Origin: Candidatus Latescibacterota bacterium
GTDB lineage: Bacteria > Latescibacterota > UBA2968 > GCA-2709665
DNA length: 64,000 bases
Assembly (NCBI GenBank): GCA_965208835.1
Contig: OZ242358.1
Span: 96,001 to 160,000 of the forward strand
Direction: 5' to 3'
Part shown: one piece after another, positions 28,396 to 37,500 of the stretch
Position numbering within the stretch: position 1 is the first letter of the stretch
Layout of the letters: the number at the start of each line of letters is the position of its first letter
Translations under genes and position numbers: made by a program
The notes under the pieces: model-generated
Told to the model about the DNA's origin: nothing
The model's input: only the letters and a program-made list of their open reading frames with translations
Databases searched by the model: none

Positions 28396-29682
28396 TCACG
28401 CAACCGGCTCCAGGATTTCCTGGCCGCCCATATACGGGCGGAGCACTTCAGGAATCACCGCCGTGCCATCCGGTCGCTGTGTCTGCTCCACAATGGCCGG
28501 AATCAGTCGGCTTGTCGCCAGGCCCGACGCGTTGAGTGTGTGCACGAACTCATTCCGGCCGGTCTCGGCGCGTTTGAACCGGATGCGGCCGCGCCGGGCC
28601 TGGTAGTCGTGTGCGCTGGAAGCCGAGCTGACTTCCTTGTATTCCGCCATGCTCGGTATCCAGATCTCGATGTCGTACGTTTTTGCCATAGCCGCGCTGG
28701 CGTCCTGGGCCGCCAGTTTGGAAACCCGGTGGTGCAGTTCCAGGCCCTGAACCAGGCCTTCGGCCTTTGCGATCAGTTCCTCCAGGGCCCGCTCGGAGTC
28801 TTCGGGACGCGTGAACTGGAAGATCTCGACCTTGTTGAACTGGTGCCCCCGGATCATGCCGCGTTCCTGGGCGCGATAACTGCCGGCCTCCCGCCGGTAG
28901 CAGGGGGTATACGAAAAGTACTTCCGCGGCAGATCGGTCTCGGGAAGGATTTCGTCCCGATGAAAATTGATCAATGCGGTCTCCGACGTGGGCAACAGAA
29001 ACCGCGACTCCTTCTCGCTCTCCCACTTGAGATGAAACACGTCGTCAGCGAATTTTGGAAACTGGCCTGCCGTGTAGCCGCACTCATAGGTGAGCAGGTG
29101 CGGCGGGAGTACGAATTCATATCCGTCGGCGAGGTGCGCCTCGACAAAATAGTTCAGGAGCGCCCATTCCAGGCGGGCGCCCGCGCCCCGGTAGAGCCAG
29201 AAGCCGGCGCCGCCCATCTTCACGCCGCGCTCGTAGTCGATCAGCCCCAGCGAGGTGACAAGGTCGACGTGGTCTTTGGCTCCTTCGGCTAATTCCGGCC
29301 TTCCGCCCCATGCCCGGACGACCTCGTTGGCTTCCTTGCCTCCCGCGGGTACGTCGTCCGCGGGGATATTGGGCAATTCCTCGACAAAGCCCCGGATATT
29401 GCGTTCAATTTCCGAGAGTTGCGTTTCCAGCGTCCTGATGTTGCCCGAAACCGTCTTCATTTCATTCTGGATATCGGCCGTGTCGTGGCCCGCCTTTTTC
29501 ATCTGTGGAATCTGCGCGGAGACCTTGTTTCGTCGTTCGCGCAGGCCCCCGATTCTGGCGATGAGGGCCCGGCGTTCCCGGTCCCACTGGAGCAATTCCG
29601 TAAAATCCACCGCATCCATGCGCTTCAGCAGCGCCTGCCTGACGCCGTGGGGATCTTCCCGAATCCGGTTCAGATCCAGCAT
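28396..29682 (-). CDS. serS: Serine--tRNA ligase
   Basis: MLDLNRIR start with GGAGG RBS; LLPTSE, YRREAG, HQFNKVE, HTLNASGLA. Confidence 0.97.
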   Translation of the reverse strand: MLDLNRIREDPHGVRQALLKRMDAVDFTELLQWDRERRALIARIGGLRERRNKVSAQIPQMKKAGHDTADIQNEMKTVSGNIRTLETQLSEIERNIRGFVEELPNIPADDVPAGGKEANEVVRAWGGRPELAEGAKDHVDLVTSLGLIDYERGVKMGGAGFWLYRGAGARLEWALLNYFVEAHLADGYEFVLPPHLLTYECGYTAGQFPKFADDVFHLKWESEKESRFLLPTSETALINFHRDEILPETDLPRKYFSYTPCYRREAGSYRAQERGMIRGHQFNKVEIFQFTRPEDSERALEELIAKAEGLVQGLELHHRVSKLAAQDASAAMAKTYDIEIWIPSMAEYKEVSSASSAHDYQARRGRIRFKRAETGRNEFVHTLNASGLATSRLIPAIVEQTQRPDGTAVIPEVLRPYMGGQEILEPVA

Positions 29683-30184
29683 ATGGATACCACCTCCATA
29701 GGTTGATTGTGCGGAGTTTGTCGAAGTGGCCTGCCGAGGCAAGCCTGCCGAAGGGTCGTCGAAGGGTGTCGAAATGTCCAGGCGCCGGCGTTTCCGCTCC
29801 GGCGGGTTGGAACTTTCGCCACCCCGAAACGTCCCCTATTCACTTGCCATTATGGCTTCGCAGATAATGGCGCTGACAACCGTGAATTAAAATCGCCAAG
29901 CCCAGCCGTTAACCCGGTTTAGCTGACGGCTGATGGCTGATAGCTGTTTTCAGGACTCTGGCGAATTTCACCTGAATTTTCACACTGTGTGGTGTAATTG
30001 AACACATTCTTCTGCTTTGGAACGGGTCCCGCTATCCGGCAGTGCCCGGAAAACGCCCTTAAATGCCTAAAAAATGGAAATTGTGACGTCCATTCTGAAT
30101 TTCTGGCACGATATTCGCTATATATTTGACACGACTGCAGTGACCGATATCTCTCTGTCACCCCTTTACGTACGAGGCCCTGAA

Positions 30185-30355
30185 ATGGCACTCAAAACAG
30201 CACTGAATCCACGCGACCGCCTGGCGTTTTTGGCGCTCTACTATGCGATCAAGGGAAACGAGAAGCGCTCGGAACAGCTGCGGCGCGTGGTACGCCGGCA
30301 CGATCAGGCCGTGTTGGGCCGCCCGCAGATCGATGGGATGCCCATGGCCTTTTGA
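30185..30355 (+). CDS. Small hypothetical protein (56 aa)
   Basis: ATG with GAGG upstream in an otherwise gene-free gap; GC3-rich codons. Confidence 0.5.
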   Translation: MALKTALNPRDRLAFLALYYAIKGNEKRSEQLRRVVRRHDQAVLGRPQIDGMPMAF

Positions 30356-30460
30356 GCTGCTGGATTGCGGCTTCATCTGCGCCGGTAATATCGAAAGCGA
30401 CAGACCATGCGTCACGGTCTGTCGTTTTCTTGTCTCCGGGAACCAGCCTCGTCTATCCGG

Positions 30461-31447
30461 TTACGCGAGGACTCTTCGTATGTTGTATTTTTCGTTTGGA
30501 AGGGTCTGCCGCGTGATCATGTCCGCCAGGAGGCCGGTGCACAGGAACTGAACTCCCAGCACGGACAGAAGAATTCCCAGAAAGAGAAGCGGATGTCGGT
30601 GCTGAATCGTCCCTGTACGGAACCACAATGCGGCGATATAGCCGTTTATCGCAACCCCGAGCGCGCTCAGGACGATACCGATTGTGCCGAACAGGTGCAA
30701 CGGGCGCCCGATGTACCGCCCGAGGTACATGACGGTAAGCAGGTCGAGGAAGCCCTTGAGCAGACGCGTCCACCCGTACTTCGTCACGCCGAAGCGGCGT
30801 GGGCGGTGCTGAACGACGATTTCCTCGACACGGTAGCCTTCCATGTGGGCAAGAACGGGGATGTACCGATGGAGTTCCCCGTAAACCTTGATGTCTCGCA
30901 CCACCTCGCCGCGGAACGCCTTGAGGCCGCAGTTGAAATCGTGGATCGGAATGCCCGAAATCCGGCCGGTGACCCAATTGAAGAACCTGGAAGGGATGGT
31001 CTTGCTGAGGGGATCGAAGCGCTTCTTCTTCCATCCTGAAACCAGGTCGACGCCACCCTCGATTTTTTCGATCAGGCGGGGGATTTCCGCCGGATCGTCC
31101 TGAAGGTCGGCATCCATGGTGACAATCGTCCGGCCCGCCGCCATGTCGAATCCCGCGACGTACGCCGCGGCTTTGCCGAAGTTGCGGCGGAACTGAATGA
31201 CCTTGACTTCGTCGTGGACGTCATGGAGTTCCTCCAGAATCCGGATGGAGCCGTCGGAACTGCCGTCGTCAATGAATATCGTCTCGAAACGGCGCCCGGT
31301 TGCCGCCATGGTCTCCCGGACCTGTTCCATCAGCGGCCGGAGGCTCTCCTCTTCGTTCAGAAGCGGTATGACGATAGAGACGTCAACGGCGTCCGCGGTC
31401 GGGGTCGGGGTCGGGGATTCAGATGGCGGTTCGGTATGCGTATCCAT
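30461..31447 (-). CDS. GT2 glycosyltransferase (ArnC/GtrB-like)
   Basis: SIVIPLLNEE, DDGSSD, RNFGK, MDADLQD; two C-terminal TM helices. Confidence 0.92.
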   Translation of the reverse strand: MDTHTEPPSESPTPTPTADAVDVSIVIPLLNEEESLRPLMEQVRETMAATGRRFETIFIDDGSSDGSIRILEELHDVHDEVKVIQFRRNFGKAAAYVAGFDMAAGRTIVTMDADLQDDPAEIPRLIEKIEGGVDLVSGWKKKRFDPLSKTIPSRFFNWVTGRISGIPIHDFNCGLKAFRGEVVRDIKVYGELHRYIPVLAHMEGYRVEEIVVQHRPRRFGVTKYGWTRLLKGFLDLLTVMYLGRYIGRPLHLFGTIGIVLSALGVAINGYIAALWFRTGTIQHRHPLLFLGILLSVLGVQFLCTGLLADMITRQTLPNEKYNIRRVLA

Positions 31448-31671
31448 ATTCTCTGGTGTTCTGTCCCGCAATTGGATTGCCGAAACTCAGCTATCCCTTC
31501 TCATCTTTAACGTCTCGCCGCTTTCCAAGATAGCAAAGCTGGACCGGGTTTTCAAGTCCCGTGTCGCGACACTGCGGATTGGCAGCCATTAAAAAACCGA
31601 TCCGGACTGCGGCCGGACTGCTGAGCGACTCTATCAACGGACTGTCAGGGGGAAGCGGGATTCCCTGAAAT

Positions 31672-34083
31672 TCACATGTGTTTCAGATCGACGAAGAAGC
31701 GTCTTTTGTCCCTGTTGCCGGTCTCGTCCACGACGTTCAGTGTGTGCCATCCCCTTGAGAGTTCCACGGCCTTGACGTGCCGGCCGAGGCTGCTGCCCAG
31801 GTAACGGTCATCCAGGTACCAATACAGGACGCGGTTTTTCTCCCTGTGAGCAACCCGCATCGCGATCTTTTGCCGGGCCCCCCCGAAGTCTCTCGGCAAC
31901 CAGAGCCTGGCGTTCTGTTGCGGGTAGATGATCTTCAGCGGATCGGACCCGGCGCCTGCAGGGCAATCCCGCCTGTGCGGCGGAGCCATACCGGGAACCT
32001 GCCCCCGTTCGCGCAGATGCTGCGCGACGTCTGCCGGAAACACAAGCCGGCGTTCAGGACGGCGGTCCCCGGGTTCCCAGCAGAGCGAACACACGCGATG
32101 GCCCCCGTCCAGCGTCACCTGAAAGGTCCGGTGATATGGACACCTTCGGATGGGCTTCATATGTATCGGCGCTTCCACGGTAACCGTACGTTCGCAATGC
32201 GGGCCATCCCGGAATCCGGTGTCCGTGCACAGCCGAAGCTGCCGCATGCCGGCAACGGGTGCTTCGATCCAGGCGTTTTTGCGATGCTTCGGCAGGCTGT
32301 TGAACAGGTCGAACAGTAGAGGTGCGGCCGACCTCGCGCCCGTAAGATCCGCATTCCCCCGACCGCCGAAATTGCCAATCCATACCGCCACCGTCCACTC
32401 GGGGCTGACGCCGATCGCCCAGGCGTCCCGCTTCCCGTAGCTGGTTCCCGTCTTCCACGCGATCGGCCACTGGTTCTGGTACTGATGCCAGTAATATTCC
32501 ACGCCCGGCCGCTTGAGGTCTCGTAGCATGTCGAGCGTCAAATAACAGGCGCCCGGACTGATCAGCGCCGGCCCTTCCGAATCGGGCGTCCCGGCAAGGA
32601 CCTTGAGTGGACTGAAACGGCCGTCGTTGGCCAGCGCGCGGTAGCATTGCGCCATGTCCCACAGGCTGACTTCCACGCCGCCCAGAATCATCGGCAGACC
32701 GTAATCCCCAGGGGACCGGATAAGGGTTTTGAGGCCGGCGGATTTCAGAAAACGGTAGAACGGATCCAACCCGTACGCATCCAGCAAGCGGACCGCAGGC
32801 ACGTTCAGGGAACGGACCAGCGCCTCCTTTGCCGCCACCAGACCGGAGAAGGTCCCGTCGGCGTTTCCCGGGGAAAAAGCGCCGTAGTGGGTGGGAAGAT
32901 CCCGGAGCCGCGTCCGGGGCAGCAGAAGGCCCTGGTCGATTCCCAGGGCGAACAGAAACGGTTTGAGCAGAGAGCCGGAGGACCTCGCGGCTGCAACGCC
33001 GTCCACCCGGCCCTGGTTCCGGTCGTCGAAGAATCCCTGGGATCCGACGTACGCACGCACTCTACCCGTTCGGGTATCGGCCACCAGGGCCGCTCCGTTC
33101 CGGACGCCCAGCCGCCTCATAAAGGCCGCGTGTCGATTGACGAGCTCCGCGCTTTGTCTTTGAATATCCCGATGAAGGGTGGTCGTTATGTACGTATTCC
33201 CGTACCGCGACTCCAGTCGCCGCGCCAGATGCGGCGCGTCCATCGGCAACGGCCTGGCGCCGTCCGGGACCTCTTCCAGCCGCGCCAGGCCGAAGGTCTC
33301 GGCGTCGATCACCCCTTCGTTGTGCAGCCGGTTCAGAAGCCGATCGCGCCTTAGCCGTAATTTTCCGGGATCGGTCAGTGGCGATATGAGGCCCGGCGCG
33401 TTCGGGAGAACCGCCAGCGTGGCCGCCTCCGCCCAGGTCAACCGCTCCGGCGACTTGCCGAAATACCGTTGCGCTGCCGCGCGGTAACCGACAACATTGC
33501 CGCCATAAGGCGCGTGGTCCAGATAGAGGTTCAGGATCTCTTTCTTGTCATAATGCAGTTCGATCTTCAACGCCTGGAACATCTCCAGCGCTTTGTTGAG
33601 ATAGGTCCTTCTCTTGGGCGACGTCATCCGGGCAACCTGCATCGTCAGCGTGCTCGCGCCGCTCACGACCGCCCCCGAACGGGTATTCTGATAGACGGCC
33701 CGGAGCAGCGCCAGTGGATCCACGCCGGGATGCCTGTAAAACCGACGGTCCTCGAAAAACAGCACTGCCTGCTCCAGGGTTCGAGGAACTTCTGCGTTCG
33801 CCCGGTGGGGGAAACACCACTGTTCGTTGCTATTCAGGAACATCCGCAGGATTCGCCCCCGCTCGTCCAGAACGACCGTACTGTAATCAGGATCGAAAAG
33901 GGGGTCCGGCAGGGGAACCGACACGCAGAGTACCGCGAGGAGGAGAAGCAACGCAAGAAGGATCCCCACCCTGGCGCGTCTGCCGCATAACGGAAGGGTC
34001 CCGGGACGCCGCCTTCCCCGGGCTTTCGTCCGCCACCGCTTCCGAGACCTATTTACAGCTCCTGCAATCGACCAACGTTTCAT
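31672..34083 (-). CDS. pbpC: Penicillin-binding protein 1C
   Basis: EDRRF and GASTLTMQ transglycosylase motifs; SLLK, SLN, KTG transpeptidase motifs; downstream of alpha-2-macroglobulin. Confidence 0.93.
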   Translation of the reverse strand: MKRWSIAGAVNRSRKRWRTKARGRRRPGTLPLCGRRARVGILLALLLLLAVLCVSVPLPDPLFDPDYSTVVLDERGRILRMFLNSNEQWCFPHRANAEVPRTLEQAVLFFEDRRFYRHPGVDPLALLRAVYQNTRSGAVVSGASTLTMQVARMTSPKRRTYLNKALEMFQALKIELHYDKKEILNLYLDHAPYGGNVVGYRAAAQRYFGKSPERLTWAEAATLAVLPNAPGLISPLTDPGKLRLRRDRLLNRLHNEGVIDAETFGLARLEEVPDGARPLPMDAPHLARRLESRYGNTYITTTLHRDIQRQSAELVNRHAAFMRRLGVRNGAALVADTRTGRVRAYVGSQGFFDDRNQGRVDGVAAARSSGSLLKPFLFALGIDQGLLLPRTRLRDLPTHYGAFSPGNADGTFSGLVAAKEALVRSLNVPAVRLLDAYGLDPFYRFLKSAGLKTLIRSPGDYGLPMILGGVEVSLWDMAQCYRALANDGRFSPLKVLAGTPDSEGPALISPGACYLTLDMLRDLKRPGVEYYWHQYQNQWPIAWKTGTSYGKRDAWAIGVSPEWTVAVWIGNFGGRGNADLTGARSAAPLLFDLFNSLPKHRKNAWIEAPVAGMRQLRLCTDTGFRDGPHCERTVTVEAPIHMKPIRRCPYHRTFQVTLDGGHRVCSLCWEPGDRRPERRLVFPADVAQHLRERGQVPGMAPPHRRDCPAGAGSDPLKIIYPQQNARLWLPRDFGGARQKIAMRVAHREKNRVLYWYLDDRYLGSSLGRHVKAVELSRGWHTLNVVDETGNRDKRRFFVDLKHM

Positions 34084-34129
34084 TAATCGCTCCGCCCTCG
34101 CCGGCGGCCGGGCGCATTCTGATCCGCCG

Positions 34130-34232
34130 GACGCCCACAAGGGACGCCCCTGCGAATGCGACATCGGCGCATAATCCAGGGAGATCGATTCGTGGATATT
34201 TGCTTTTGTAGGGGCGTCCCTTGTGGGCACCC
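34130..34232. repeat. GTAG-type REPIN (family D)
   Basis: Inverted pair of gtaggggcgtcccttgtgggc REPs with linker gggagatcgattcgtg. Confidence 0.8.
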
Positions 34233-34333
34233 GTATTGCGGCGCAGGTATTGGTGAATTGATGTCGGCAGGCCCTGTCGTCTGCCTGGTTTAGCTGACAG
34301 CTGACGGCTGATAGCTAATGGCTGTTTCTGCTG

Positions 34334-34503
34334 CTTAAGAAGCTGTCTTAAAACCCCCAGCGGTCTTCGCGCGGCTGCAAACGCGTCGGTTTGCGTTGGT
34401 CAAATCCACCCGTACAGCCAAATATGGGCGAATTTGCCCGCCTTGACCGACACATTTTCGCTCGCGCTCGGGACTAACCGGGAATTTTAAAACAGCTTCT
34501 AAG
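34334..34503. repeat. MITE-like element with terminal inverted repeats
   Basis: agaagctgtcttaaaa ... ttttaaaacagcttct. Confidence 0.6.
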
Positions 34504-34506
34504 GTT

Positions 34507-37500
34507 CTATCTCTGTTTCACCACAACCCGTTTTCCGGCCGCGGTCGCCCGGTAGGATCGATCGTACATGGCTTCGGCAACCGTTGCAGGCAGCCTGAAT
34601 GACCCTGCCGTAACGGCGCTCAATCGGACGACGAAATCCAGATCCCTTCGACTCTTGAAATCGAAAAACCACATCACCCGGTCGTCGCGGGCGTCCATGT
34701 ATTCCTCGCGGTTCAGATTCAGGCGCTTCGTCCAACTCGGCGCCGTCCGAGCGGACAGACGCGGGTTGTCGATCTCCCAGCCGGCGGGAAGCACCTGGAC
34801 CAGCGCCAGCTCTTCGACGTTTCGCGCGACGGCCAGATTGCGCACGCGAAGATGACCCCAGAAGTTCTCGCCCTGAGACAGTTCGGTGGGATCAATCGGC
34901 AGCCCATCGTCGTTGAGCCAGCGCACCTTCAGCGCCAGCTTGCTGGAGGTATCTCCCTCGTCGTCGGTAAGCGGTACTCCGTCCCAGTCCAGGGTTGCGA
35001 ACGCCCTCCTGACGGTCGACGCCGAGTCCAGCGTAACAGCGACTTCCCGGCCAAAGCCCTCTTCGATTTCAACGTGGTAGGCTGACCGATCCGTCTCAAA
35101 CGGCATCTCCCGTCCATCCGGAAGGCGGATCGTGCCGGCGAGCACGGGCGGGCCATCCTCTCCTCTGTCGAGAGACCGGACGTATTTTCCCAGGGACAGA
35201 AGCATAAAGCCTGTGGTCTGGGTGCTGTACCATTTCTGCGACGCGAGCGCGAGGCCCAGATCTTTGGCGACCTCGTCCGCCTCCGACCAGCGTTCGAACA
35301 TGACCAGCGTATTCAGAATGATCGCCAGATCCCGCATGCCCGAGCCGTAGGTCCCGCCCGATTCGTTGTACACCTCCACCCGCTTTCCGGCCGGGATGAG
35401 GATCTGGGCGGCCGTCCGCTCAACGCCCGCCAGGTGATACGCCGCGGCCAGCAGCCACTTCTGGGTGTCGTTCATGTCCTTGATCCCGGTCTCCTTCAGC
35501 AGATTCATCGGTCCGATCTGGTATTCGCCGGCCAGCGCCAGGAGAAAGACGCGATAGACCCGTGCCATCAAACCATCCTTAACCGTTAGCGACCGGGATT
35601 TTTCGTAGCGCATCCAATTCGCCATCAGGTCCTGCGGCACGTGGTATCCCAGTTTGGCCGCCTCAATCAGAAAGTGGCCCGCGTACAGAGAACCCCAGGT
35701 TGAGACGGTGTTGGCGCCGGGCCAGTAGGCGAATCCGCCTGAGCCAAGCTTGAATTTCCTCAATTTGCGGATCGCCGAATTGATGAACATGTCGATCCGG
35801 ACCGTTGCGTCGCCGGCATACTTCACGCCCTCCAGGAAGGTACTCAGGTACAACAGTGGAAACGCGGTCGAAACCGTTTGCTCGATGCAGCCGTAAGGAA
35901 AGCGCACCAGCCGGAGCAGCCTGTGGGTCATTCCGAAGTCCGGGTGGCGGCGCAGAACCACCCTGGCGCGATTGGTACCGGGCAGTCCTTTGTCCGGGAC
36001 CGTAAAGCGGACACGCTCACCGGGGCGGATTTCCTGTTCCTGTACGGCGTAGGTTCTGGGTGACGATGGCCGCACATTCAAATCGGTCTCATGATCAGCG
36101 ACGATGTCCGGCGCCGCCGCCGCGACGACCACCCTGGCCTGCCCCACTGCCGAAGCCGCGTTAAGCGTAAACGAGAGTTCCTGCTCCCCCGAGGTTGAGA
36201 AATCCAATTCCTGCCGCGCCGGGCCGACAACCGAAACCGGGCCCTCGGCGTGTATCGAAACGACGATCGGTCCGATACTGTCGACCATCGCGAAAACGGT
36301 TACCGGAACGGTGATACGGTCCCCCGGGCCAAGCACGCGGGGCAGCGTTGGCATCACCATCAGGTCGGTCTTCACCGGTACCGAGGATTCCGACTTGCCG
36401 TATCGTCCGCCGCTGGCGGAAACGGCCATAACGCGCACCGAACCGGTGTAGTCGGGCATTTCGAAATCAACGGTAGCCCGTCCCTGCGCGTCGGTTTCGA
36501 TCGGACCCTTGAACAGCGATACCGCCTTGAATCGCTTCGCGCGTTCCGGCTCCAGCTGGGAAGCCCTGTACGCGAATCCGCCGCCCACCGCGAAGGTCTT
36601 GAAGACGTCTCCCTTGTTGGCGCCGATGACGTGGGAATACACGTCGTGCGTCACCACTCCCAGCCGACGCTTCCTGTAAAACGACTGCCACGCGTCAGGC
36701 GTGGCGAACCCGGTGAGCGCCATCAGCCCCTCATCCACCACGGCCAGCGTGAACTGCGCCGGCTCGCCATCGCCCGTTTCGACCACGATCTGAAACCGGG
36801 ATTCGGGCTTGAGTTCGCCAGGCATTCGGAGGGTAATCTCCTGGCGGGTGTGGGGATCGCTCACATTGAGGGGAACCACGCCGTACATCCGAATCGGTCG
36901 GTCGTTCATCGTCTGAGCGTATGGCTGGAGGACCGAGACGCCAACGTATGCGGTGGGCGCCATATCCCGCGTAATGGGTACCGGTACCTGAAACTCTTCC
37001 TGGCGACCGTCCGGTTCGTACCATCGCGTCTGCAGAATCCGGCTGTCCTGTTCGACCGAGACCAGAATCGCGCCCTGTCGCGGCGCGGGAAACGTCACCA
37101 GCGCGGAATCGCCGGGGGCGTAGGCCTTTCTGTCGGTCTTGAGCGCGAGCATGCCCGCGGATTTCGGATCGGCCTGCGCTTCACCCCACGGATAGGCGCG
37201 CATGAAGAACGCGGCGGTATGGCCGGACCCATCCTTCACTTCGATCAGATACTCGCCCCGTTCCTCGGGGGTAAACACCAGCGGTACGGGCGCGGCTTGC
37301 GAGAAAAGCGAGCCGCTCTGGATCTGTTCCGTGAACTGGTCCGTCTTGAACTTGAGGCGAAACTGATCGCGCGACTGGTATTCCCACCACCAGTGCGACG
37401 TGCTTCTGTAGATTCGGTATTCAAGCGGCAATCCCGGCATCGCTTCACCGTGAGGCGTGACCAGTACAACCGGAATTTCCAGCGAGGACCCAAGGCGGGC

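Noticed and set aside
29683-29900. T-box riboswitch upstream of serS
   Set aside because: No AGGGTGGNACC T-box or terminator/antiterminator; the region holds REP-like fragments.
29921-29946. GCTGAYR heptamer runs (also near 28311 and 34291) as marks of an intervening-sequence gene
   Set aside because: Short runs with no associated ORF; treated as minor repeat remnants.
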